Shown one piece after another: positions 52,925 through 64,000 of a stretch of 64,000 nucleotides of DNA (its first letter is position 1; each line of letters begins with the position of its first letter). Under the pieces are notes generated by a model. It ran no database searches and was not told the DNA's origin. It worked only from the letters and a program-made list of their open reading frames with translations. The DNA is from Octopus sinensis (lineage: Eukaryota). Both the position numbers and the translations under genes were made by a program. The stretch is from assembly GCF_006345805.1 (NCBI RefSeq), contig NC_042999.1:20212001-20276000 (forward strand), written 5' to 3'.

Positions 52925-53240
52925 ACTCTGTCTGTTACGACGAAATTGAGTGTTCTATTTGATCCGATCAACGGAACAGCCTGCTCGTGATATTAACGTT
53001 CCACTGACTGACCACTCCACAGACACGTGTATCATTAGCGTATTTCTAAAGGAGATTCGGCGTGATATAGAAAGTGGCAACACTGACCCTTTGAATTACA
53101 GATACTTTCTTGGTGAGTGGACTGTGAAGCAAGACGAAATAAAGTGTCTTGTTCAAGGACAAGACACGTCGGCAGGAATCGAACTCACGACTTCAGGATC
53201 GTGAGCCAAACACCCTAACCTCTAAGCGATGTGCTTTCAC
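52925..53240 (-). mobile_element. tRNA-headed SINE with a different tail
   Basis: Minus-strand B box GAGTTCGATTCC followed by GTCCTTGAACAAGACACTT. Confidence 0.7.
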
Positions 53241-53357
53241 AGGACTATTATGCTGAGTGGACATTTTTCGGAAGCTTTGAATTGTGTGTGAGTGTGTGCA
53301 CGGCGCGTGTATTCCACTGCATATGATTGAGATTACAATACTCCTCACTCTGGAAGT

Positions 53358-53666
53358 GGAGGCACATGGCCTAGTGGTTAGAGCAGCGGACTCGCAGTCG
53401 AGGGATCGTGGGTTCGAATCTCAGACCGGGCGATGTGCGTGTTTATGAGCGAAAACACCTAAGCTCCACGCGGCTCTGGCAAAAAGGTAATGGCGAACTT
53501 CTGTTGACTCTTTCGCCACAACTTTCTTTCACTCTTTCCTCCTGCATCATGCAGCTCACCTGCGACGGACCGGCGTCCCGTCCAGGTGGGGAACCTATAC
53601 GCCAAGGAAACCAGGAAACCGGCCCTTATGAACCAGGTATGGCTCGAGAAGGAACAAACGAAACGA
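53358..53666 (+). mobile_element. SINE family D, full length
   Basis: GGAGGCACATGGCCTAGTGGTTAGAGC...GGGTTCGAATCTC head with A and B boxes. Confidence 0.88.
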
Positions 53667-54172
53667 ACTCTGAATGGGATGTTGGACCATTATATGCTTA
53701 TCTTCCTATATATTTCTGAAAGTCATTTACACTTGAGTGGTCCGGAGCATCAAAAATTATATACTTTCGTCAAGAATGGGAATCAAAACCATACTAAAAC
53801 TTTAAGTTTAAAACTACCACCCGGCCTCTAATTAATTTGGTTGGAGTACACACTTTGGTGACAGAATTTAGACTAGATTTTTCAATATAAATTAATTCCC
53901 TATATTGAAATACATTACCTAACGTCAACAAACTATGTTATGGTGTCTTTCTCCTCTCTCTCTGCCACTCTTGGTGGTCTTGTAAAAACCGTGTGCCTAC
54001 TCATCCTTAATTATACTATCAAATATGCAACTGGGCTCTGGTGTCCTATATTAATTAAGGACGGCAATGATAAGCCACGTAAATAAGCTACTGGCCAACA
54101 GCACAAAAAACACCATGTGGTATAGATTCACAGGGAAATACTCTTAATATTCAATGTTTGGTTAGCCTCTCT

Positions 54173-54498
54173 CAGTGGTTACAGCGTCGAGCTTACGATC
54201 ATGAGTTTGTGAGTTCGATTCCCGGACCGGGCTGCGTGTTGTGTTCTTGAGCAAGACACTTTATTTCACGTTGCTCCAAATTAACTAAGCTGTAGAAATG
54301 AGTTGCGACATCACAAGTGCCAAGCTGTATTGGCCTTTGCCTTTCCCTTGGATAGCACTGTTGGCGTGGAGAGGGGAGGCCAGTATTCATGGGTGACTGC
54401 TGGTGTTCCATAAACAGCCTTGCCCGGACGTGTACCTCGGAGGGTAACTTTCTAGGTGCAATCCCAAGGTCATTCATGACCGAAGGAGGGTCTCCCAT
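54173..54498 (+). mobile_element. tRNA-headed SINE family F with a 12-bp TSD
   Basis: GTTAGCCTCTCT at 54161-54172 and 54499-54510. Confidence 0.88.
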
Positions 54499-54645
54499 GT
54501 TAGCCTCTCTTTATACAGATACTCTGTAGATGTATGTAGTTCACCCTTGTAAGAAGTGCGTGATACATAGAACTGATAGATGTTTTGTAAGCCTCATTGT
54601 AGTGGTCAAGACTTCGTTCGTTAATGTGAAATAAAACTACTCCAG

Positions 54646-54760
54646 TGTGTCTCTGCTTTTGTATGATTATATAAAACCTTCACTAATGCCTCAGACCAAA
54701 TGGGTTGTGAAACATTACTTGCTATATTCATTGCTAGGGAATGTTTACATCCATAATCTT
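54646..54760 (+). CDS. Candidate internal exon (VSLLLYDYIKPSLMPQTKWVVKHYLLYSLLGNVYIHNL)
   Basis: ctactccag acceptor, CTT/gtaagc donor, phase 2-0, joins 50084-50121 in frame. Confidence 0.5.
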
Positions 54761-56487
54761 GTAAGCAACACACAATATTTAGTTGCTCAAAACCCAAATA
54801 CAAATCACCATAAGAAGATAGTATTATAGATTTTTCCCAATTTTAAAGGCATGATTTAATGAAGGAAATCGGCAAGTTGACGTCTGGAGGCCCATAAAAT
54901 TTCTCATACAACATTTTAGTAACATTAAATATATTATTGCATAGGTTCCAAGATTCCATAAAGTTTAAGAAAAGACCATCATCTATTACTGACATTGCAT
55001 ATCAGTAGATTTATCTTAGATTGTAAATTTCATATATTATGATCGTTCCTCACGGTATTGACTGTAGGAGAGATGTAATTGATATAGGAAAGAAGTTGCG
55101 TTTGCAGACTTTAAGATGTCCGAATAACGATACTTCAGGATTATAGCTACAGCGATTAATCTAATATTTACTGATGGTACTTCAAAATAAATCGCAACTT
55201 ATTCTCTCTCTCTCTCTCTTTCGCTCTTTCCTTCTCTCTTCCCCCTCTGTCGGTCTTTTTTTTTTTTAAATCCTTAACTGATAGACGTTTTCTTTCAATG
55301 TTGTCTTATATGAAACCACTGAAGAACACCACCACACTATAAATGTTGTTTTAGTATATTTGATAGCAAGAAAAAAAGAAGATAAGCGAATTAAGAATCT
55401 ACAGAAGTATTTTAATACAAACAGCTTTATATGATAGTTGAATAAAAAAAGGACTTACTCTTATGATCAACTAAATCTTTGAAGAAAACTGATAAGTTGA
55501 TCCTCCTACTTATCAAAACATTTAGCAAACTTCAGTGAGTGTGAATTTAGAGTTTTTCTTATCTGGATTTACAACATTTTAAATAAATTGTCTCCTCTTT
55601 GAAGTATGAATATTTTTTATATATAATGTTATAACTTCGGTTTTTTTAATATATTTTTTACCTAAAAAAATGTATTTTCTGAAGTGTAGCGTTCAGTGGC
55701 AAATTGACGAAATAGTGAAAAATACATGTATGGCTACATACATACTTATATGCTCATACACACACACACAAGGAATTGGAAATGACAAAAGAATAAATGA
55801 TAATCTTATGAACTTCAATAGCTTACAGCTGTTTCAGCTATAAGAAGCAGTGGACTCATAGTTAAGTACTTGAGCAACATCTTACAGCTTCATCAGAGCG
55901 TCAAACATGAAGTGCAATTTATTTGGGAAAACAAATACAGTTATACGTATACTCTTTTACTCTTCTACTTGTTTCAGTCATTTGACTGTGGCCATGCTGG
56001 AGCACCACGTAATATATACAAGAAAGCATTAGCAATGAGATAACATGCACATATCTACACACACACACGTACGTATGAAATGCTTACTTGAAGCTACCCG
56101 ACAAGCCCACTCACAAGTTTTGGTCAGCCCTCAGGCCCTCCAAAGTGTCACACCATTAGAATGAATCTCAAACTTCCTGGCTGGAAGCGAGCATCTAACC
56201 ACACACCCATGCCTTTGCCTACACATCATAATCATCATCATCATCATGGTTCTAACATCCACTTACCCGTGCTCTCGTGTCAAATTGTAGATTTTCTATG
56301 TCCGGTCACGGCTATTTCCCCTGCTTTTTTCCATATGAGACACCGAAATGAAGGACACCACTTTCATAACAGTGACTCTCGTTTATCCAAGGGTTGTAGA
56401 ATAAGACACTTTTCTAACTTACCACGCAATGAGATCGAACCCAGAGTCATTTGGTTGGAAAGCAATCTTTTTACTACGGGGTCATAC

Positions 56488-56520
<33 letters not shown>

Positions 56521-56702
56521 TGTATGTATGTATGTATGTATGTATGTATGTATGTATGTATGTATGTGTGTATGTATGTTTGTGTGTATGTATATATGTG
56601 TGTGTGTATGTATGTGTGTATGTATGTATGTGTGTATGTATGTGTGTATGTATGTATGTATGTATGTGTGTATGTATGTATGTATGTATGTATGTATGTA
56701 TG

Positions 56703-57218
56703 TTATTTACATTATTTACGTGGGACGGATATGTGACCTCATCTTGTTTGTTGTTATCACAACGTTTCGGCTGATTTACTCTCCAGCCATCATCAGGTGT
56801 CCTGGGGAAATTTTGAACCTAACCCTAGATTCTCATTCCTAAGGTATATTTTGCTGATGTTATTGTTGTTGTTGTTATTATTATTATTATTTATTCAAGG
56901 CACTACCGGGAATAGAACTCGGAATCTTTGGGTTAGTAGCATGCGCTTTTAACCACTACGCTACGGGCATATAACTACTAACCCCAAGATTCCGAGTTCA
57001 ATTGCATGCAGTGTCTTGAATAAATAATAATAATAACATCAGCAAAATATACCTTTGGAATGAGAACCCAGGGTTGGGTTCAAAATGCTACCAGGACACC
57101 TGATGAAGGCTGGAGAGTAAATCAGCTGAAACGTTGTGGTAACAACAAACAAGATGAGGAATCATATCCGCCCAATGTAAATAACGTACAGAATACCTCA
57201 CCTCTAAAATATAGAACA

Positions 57219-57219
<1 letters not shown>
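56703..57219. mobile_element. Palindromic PLE-derived tRNA/hammerhead element, copy 3
   Basis: Inverted arms around the centre at about 56965; hammerhead-like cores at 56756-56802 (-) and 57095-57140 (+). Confidence 0.85.
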
Positions 57220-57249
<30 letters not shown>

Positions 57250-57443
57250 TGTATGTATGTATGTATGTATGTATGTATGTATATGTATGTATGTATGTAT
57301 GTATGTGTGTATGTATGTTTGTGTGTATGTATATATGTGTGTGTGTATGTATGTGTGTATGTATGTATGTGTGTATGTATGTATGTATATGTATGTATGT
57401 ATGTATGTGTGTATGTATGTATGTATGTATGTATGTATGTATG

Positions 57444-57958
57444 TTATTTACATTATTTACGTGGGACGGATATGTGACCTCATCTTGTTTGTTGTTATCA
57501 CAACGTTTCGGCTGATTTACTCTCCAGCCATCATCAGGTGTCCTGGGGAAATTTTGAACCTAACCCTAGATTCTCATTCCTAAGGTATATTTTGCTGATG
57601 TTATTGTTGTTGTTGTTATTATTATTATTATTTATTCAAGGCACTACCGGAATAGAACTCGGAATCTTTGGGTTAGTAGCATGCGCTTTTAACCACTACG
57701 CTACGGGCATATAACTACTAACCCCAAGATTCCGAGTTCAATTGCATGCAGTGTCTTGAATAAATAATAATAATAACATCAGCAAAATATACCTTTGGAA
57801 TGAGAACCCAGGGTTGGGTTCAAAATGCTACCAGGACACCTGATGAAGGCTGGAGAGTAAATCAGCTGAAACGTTGTGGTAACAACAAACAAGATGAGGA
57901 ATCATATCCGCCCAATGTAAATAACGTACAGAATACCTCACCTCTAAAATATAGAACA

Positions 57959-57959
<1 letters not shown>
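57444..57959. mobile_element. Palindromic PLE-derived element, copy 4 (duplicate of copy 3)
   Basis: As for copy 3. Confidence 0.85.
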
Positions 57960-57989
<30 letters not shown>

Positions 57990-58096
57990 TGTATGTATGT
58001 ATGTATGTATATTATTTTCTTAGCGACAACAAAAATTGAGTTAAAAGCGCTAGACAAGATTGAAAATTCAAAATATTTTATAGAAATTTTAACACA

Positions 58097-58533
58097 GGCG
58101 CAGGAGTAGCTGTGTGGTAAGTAGCTTACTTACCAACCACATGGTTCCGGGTTCAGTCCCACTGCGTGGCACCTTGGGCAAGTGTCTTCTACTATAGCCT
58201 CGGGACGACCAAAGCCTTGCGAGTGGATTTGATAGACGGAAACTGAAAAAGCCCGTCGTATCTATGTATATGTATATATATATGCGCGTGTGTATGTGTT
58301 TGTGTGTTTCTGTTTGTCCCTCCAACATCGTTTGTCAACCGATGCTGGTGTGTTTACGTACTCGTAACTTAACGGTTCAGCAAAAGAGACCGATAGAATA
58401 AGTACTAGGCTTACACCTAGAATAAGTACTAGGCTTACAAAGAATAAGTCCTGGGGCCGATCTCGTCGACTAAAGGTGGTGCTCCAGCATGGCCGCAGTC
58501 AAACGACTGAAACAAGTAAAAGAGTAAAAGAGT
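58097..58533 (+). mobile_element. SINE family A with a small internal tandem duplication
   Basis: TAGAATAAGTACTAGGCTTAC occurs twice at 58393-58440. Confidence 0.9.
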
Positions 58534-58590
58534 ATAGGTGAACTAGTGAGAGAACTGTTTTTGCTTTTGAGTAACGTCATGGAATATATA

Positions 58591-58648
<58 letters not shown>

Positions 58649-58915
58649 AATATAAATTAAAAACAGAACTCAAAGGATCTCGCGGTATGCGTGTTTCAAG
58701 CTTTATAAACAACCTGTTATTACATCAGTGTGTTATTGATATAAAAGATGGTTTAAAGCTCTCTTCAGTCGCAAACATTATTAGTCCAAAGATTACAACA
58801 CAATATAAAAGGCACACGTAGTTTTACCCATTATAATAGTTTTATCATATCTCCTTGAAAAAGTATTTTTGCATAATTGTATAAATGTATAAATGCATAA
58901 AGATTTATTGGATTT

Positions 58916-58972
<57 letters not shown>

Positions 58973-60829
58973 TTAGGTCAAAAATAGGATATAAGAAAGG
59001 AAGAAATTATAGATGAAAATGTACTATTTGTAGCAAAGAATCAAAGATACAAGAAAAGCAGTATAAATCTATTATATCGTCGATATATCCTGCTCATACA
59101 CGTACGCAAATATGAATATAAGTACATAATCCAGTTTTGATGACAAAGCTTTGTTAATATGATTAACTCCTAATTAATGTGACTTAGTATAATTAGAGTA
59201 GTATACAGGAAAAAAAGATTCATAACTTGTTCTCATCAGCTGTTCAATGAAATAAAATCCTCATTAGTGACATGATTATGCAATTAGCATTGCAATTTAT
59301 TTAATTGCGATGGGCTTCCCCCAATTCATTAGGAGAGAAAGACAAAAATAATAAGATAGAAATGAAAATACCGTTATTAAACGACCCTCAAAGTGTCTAC
59401 TTATATTTATGACGAAATTACACTTTTTTTTTCAGGGAAATTAGCACTAGAGCTTCTTAAGAGCTTCGCTAAGTATTTATGTATTTATTCATTCTTAATA
59501 ATATTTGTAATCTTTCACTCTCATGTGATAAACAAAAAAATATACTATATTTATGCCGTATCAAGTTTGCAGTTTTAGTTTATATGTTAATCATTTGAGT
59601 ATATATTGTATAGAAATATACTGTCACGAGGATATCTGAAATTCTCTGTTGGTAGAGTAAATGTTTATTGATGCTACCAATCTGATTTTGCTAAACTTCG
59701 TATTGACTCACCTCAAAGCATTTTAATAACGTATGTCATTTCGCTTTATAGCTTTTGTCAGGCTAAAGTGTGATGTGCAATGTCAAATCTGTAAAGAATT
59801 AACTGCAGAGGAACTTTTATTCCCATCAGTTCATTTCTTTTATTTATTTGTAGTAGTTTATGGTTAAAAATAAATGTATTTTATTCTCTTCTGTAGTGAA
59901 TTTGTCCAAAACTCTCAAAGTATTGATCCGGTACTGATAAATCTCTCTAGAAAAATGTGCTTCCTTTGATGGGTTCTCCCCGAGGGATATTAAGCTTAAT
60001 TCTCCATAGCTCGCAACCTATTTATCAACCAATGCAAAAATATCCCTTTAAGGGAAAACGGTTGTAAAATAATACCATTAACTGATGACTGAGTAGAGCA
60101 ACTTTAGTAGAGATTAGCTGAGAATTTTTGTTGTTCTTTTAACATAATAGCATTTGCTGTAGTTAGATATTGGAAGGATATGAGGCAAGGGGAGAATGTT
60201 TTCAGAAAAGGCATTTTACGTAGTGCTGCATATCACTAAGTTACTCATTACACTGTGAAATGTAATTGAAAAATCAATAGTATTAACATTGCAATGACTG
60301 TATTGATTTTGAACATCATAAGGGCATCAATGTTTTACCTTATATTCAAAATAAAACGAAGCGAGTAGTTTTTATATATTTCTTTACATTTAGGGAAAAT
60401 TGCATTACATCTGTAATTTGTTAACTTTAATTTGACGGCTAATGAAACATACGTACTTCTCCTGTCGAATCGTAAACTTCTTATATACATAAGAATTATG
60501 ACCAAGAGAAACCAATTTCAGTAATGTCACCAAACTGTATCTATGTTATTTATAGAGTGCCCACGAGAGTTAATTGCAATGAAAATATGCAGAGAGAATT
60601 CCAATCCCATCATGTGAATATTCTTCCAATATATCTTAAATTTCAGAACCAAATTAAAATGAACCTCTTTTGAGATTTAGTTCACTGTTTTTGGAAACAA
60701 GAAAAGAAATAGGCCTGCCACTTGCGAGTGTTGACCCTTACTTTTAATGGCGGATTCAAATCATACAACAAGGAATTAGCTGAGAAGTACAAATATTTAA
60801 ATTCTCATACCGCCTTACACATTATCTCA

Positions 60830-61141
60830 ACTGCCATCGCTGTCAGCATCGAGGTTTTTATCTTCCTTGTTGTCATTACCATTATCATCATCATCATCAT
60901 CATTGATGTCAGCATCATTATCGTCGTCGTCGTCGTCGTCGTCATCATCATCATCTAATTCCCATCACAAACAGTATTACCTTCATTCGTACCATTATTG
61001 CAACCTCCATCTCCATCACCATCATCATAACGCTTGCTGTCATCATAATAACCATCGACGTGATCACCACCACCACCACCACCACTACCATCATCATTGA
61101 TGTCAGCATCATCATCATTATCGTCATCGTCATCATCGTCG

Positions 61142-61172
<31 letters not shown>

Positions 61173-61348
61173 CGTCATCATCATCATCGTCATCATCGTT
61201 ATCATCATCGTCCTCGTCATCATCGTCGTCGTCGTCATCATCGTCATCATCATCATTATCATTATCATCATAGTCATCATCATCATCATCGTCGTCATCA
61301 TTATCCTCATCATCATCGTCATCATCATCACCAACATCATCGTCAACG

Positions 61349-61379
<31 letters not shown>

Positions 61380-61410
61380 CATCATCGTCATCATCATTAT
61401 CATCATTGCT
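60830..61410. repeat. Mosaic trinucleotide repeat (CAT/CGT/CAC)n, about 580 bp
   Basis: Direct reading. Confidence 0.95.
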
Positions 61411-61899
61411 CCTATAACATTAACCGTAACAAGGGCTTTAGGTTTTCGGCTTTTGGTTTAAATCCTCCCTAACTGCTTCATCCTACCTCCCCCCAAGACA
61501 GAAGGTGCATTTAACATTATAATAACCAGAGGGCCTCTGATTTTTTGTGCTATACCTGTATTTTAATGTAAAATTAAACGTTCGAGGATGTATTATGCTT
61601 TTACTTTTTAATGTCACGTTTGATGTTTGTATTTTGCAGTTGATTGCAGTATTTGATGTATTTGTTACCCTTTGATATTTATGTTTGATGTTTGTTTTTG
61701 CTTTTCAATAGAACGTAATAACAATGTATTTCTCCTTTTTTTTTGTTTTGCTTCTTGAGTTTTTCAGCAATTGTATTTAGGTGTGCGATGCGTTTATTCT
61801 GTTTTAATATTTGTTTTTTTTGCAATTGTACATACTTGTATGTAGTGTGTGATGTGTTAGTTGGTCTTTGATGATAGTTATATATTGTTTTTATACAGA

Positions 61900-62322
61900 G
61901 GCGTAGGAGTGGCTGTGTGGTAAGTAGCTTGCTTACCAACCATATGGTTCCGGGTTTAGTCTAACTGCGTGGAACCTTGAGCAAGTATCTTCTACTATAG
62001 CCTCGGGCCGACCAAAGCCTTGTGAGTGGATTTAGTAGACGGAAACTGAAAGAAGCCCGTCGTATATATGTATATTTATATATATGCATGTATGTGTGTG
62101 TATATGTTTGTGTCCTCGTTTTTCGCGTCATCACCATTTCACAACCGTAGTTGGTGTGTTTACGTCCTAGTAACTTAGCGGTTCGGCAAAAGAGACCGAT
62201 AGAATAAGTACTAGGCTTACAAAGAATAAGTCCTGTGGTCGATTTGCTCGACTAAAGGCGGTGCTTCGGCATGGCTACAGTCAAATGACTGAAACAAGTA
62301 AAACAGTAAAGAGTAAAGAGAG
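61900..62322 (+). mobile_element. SINE family A
   Basis: Complete copy with (AAAGAGT)n tail. Confidence 0.9.
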
Positions 62323-63732
62323 TCGTCATCGTCGTCATCATCATCCCCCTGGTAATCTTCATTATTTAATGCCAATCTTCCAAGCTGTTAGCTGGTTCAA
62401 CAGACAGGATTCGACGAGCCAGAGAACTGAGTCCAGTCGTGTCTGCTTTAAACGTGGTTTCTACAACTGGATACTCTTCCTAATGCCAACAACTTCACGA
62501 AGTATACTGGATGCTTTTTTTTATGGCACTGGCACTTATGAGTAAGGAAAATAAATTGCACAACAAGAGGCCCCTGGAATGAACGAGGTGTAGTAGGGAG
62601 GCAGATGACTTTATATCAGGTGTAGAGAGGCTTAAGTATGATAGAAAAAAAACTGTATGAGCTGTCTCGCTGTTAAAGACCAAGATATTTGTTCCCAAGA
62701 ACAACAGGAGCAGGTATCTTGGTCCTCAACAGCAACACAGCTGATACTGTTTTTGTATCATACTTTAGCCGCTCAATACCTGATATGATGTCACCTGCCT
62801 CAGCATTTACATTATACACATGTCCATTCCAACTTTGCTGCATTATGGCACAACATACGAAACATATCCATTCCTTTCTCAATTTAGTCGCAGTTTATCA
62901 CATAAACTAAACATTTTCTATTAAATACAAATAAAATATAACCATCTCATTCCTCATAATCAACACACAACCTGTCATTCATATACAAATGAATGTATAA
63001 TTGTTTGAGATAAATTGTAAATCAGATTATAATTTTCATTATTATTAACGTCATCTTTAGAGATTAAACGTTTTGTTATATTTACTTCACATATGGCATT
63101 TTCATAAATTTGGTTTCCAATCAATGTCACATATTTTATTCTCGGATATAGACATAGTTTCAAACAGGAAGTAGAATCGGAATGTTTATTCATGAACTAA
63201 GAATACTAACGCGTTTATCTATGTACATGATAAAGTGGCCTAACGGATATAAAATTTATTAGCATAATTAGAGCGTGGAAGATGCACCAGCCATTCAAAT
63301 ACATACACAGACTGTTAATTTTACTTAAGAATTTATAATATGGTGTTAAAAATTTCGTCGCACAAACTGCAACCTGGTCACTGACATCAAATGATTAATG
63401 TTAGAATGACGTGAACAGATTTTGTGTATTTTTGAATAGTTAAAATGTCTGCTCCGTTGTAATCGTTAGAGTTCCAACGCACAGTTTCAGATCATATCAC
63501 TTACTTGGCAAGTATATCTCCAAACTATATTAGTCATACTTTAAAAATGAAATGCAATCAAATCTAATTGGAATATACGTACTCATAGAGGAATAACATC
63601 TAATTATGATAGAAGATCAATTAATCAAATAAATGTAAAAGTGTAAATGGTAATTGTATTCTAATGGGTTACTGTACAGAGGAACGGAGAAATAATTTGA
63701 TTCTATTAGTTCTTTTGCCAAATAATAATAAC

Positions 63733-63774
<42 letters not shown>

Positions 63775-63775
63775 C

Positions 63776-64000
63776 ACAATGATAAGTGTGGAATATGCAG
63801 AAAAAACTTGTAAAATCATATGGCATATTATGAGTCAATGTGCGCCACTAGCTCAGAAGGAATATAAGAGACGCCACGGCAATATGGCCAGGCTTGTCCA
63901 TTGGACACTCTGCAACAAGTATGGACTTGACAGAGCAAAAAATTGGTACGACCACAAACCTGAAGGCATTGTCTAAAATAGAAATGCAAAGATCCTTTGG
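63776..64000 (+). pseudogene. 5'-truncated R4/Dong-like non-LTR element (CCHC/RLE region) directly after (AAT)n
   Basis: DKCGICRK, frameshift, then IWHIMSQCAPLAQKEYKRRHGNMARLVHWTLC..WYDHKPEGIV...KILW; preceded by about 55 bp of AAT repeats. Confidence 0.75.

Larger units (their letters stand above)
56482..57960. repeat. Tandem duplication of a ~740-bp unit ((TATG)n plus palindromic PLE element)
   Basis: 56701 matches 57442 and 57060 matches 57800; the units are near-identical outside the microsatellite. Confidence 0.92.

Noticed and set aside
56161-57583. MYVC-repeat ORFs
   Set aside because: (TATG)n microsatellite.
60867-61461. Poly-Ile, poly-Met/Thr and poly-His/Ser ORFs
   Set aside because: Trinucleotide repeat that is open in most frames; no flanking coding signal.

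Overview
AT-rich, repeat-dense eukaryotic DNA. The repeat families point to an Octopus-like coleoid cephalopod (inference). Most of the window is mobile elements and microsatellites: a nearly full-length frameshifted RTE LINE (~29.7-33.7 kb, minus) plus many 3'-truncated copies, a CR1-like LINE 3' half, an R4/Dong-like fragment, several tRNA-headed SINE families (some with clear TSDs), Helitron-type non-autonomous elements, a mariner MITE and transposase remnant, and several Penelope-like element (PLE) families. The PLEs are the most interesting signal. At least three different hammerhead-ribozyme-like motifs occur. One family carries a tRNA-Ile-like Pol III head, an (AAT)n tract and a minimal hammerhead in its 3' repeat, and it inserts as head-to-head palindromes; one copy still holds the end of the GIY-YIG ORF. 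No long intact host CDS is visible. A few short, splice-site-bounded, stop-free plus-strand segments (40.4-54.8 kb) may be exons of an unidentified long-intron gene. Nearly all ORFs in the supplied track are microsatellite or TE artefacts. Coordinates were read by eye and may be off by a few bases.
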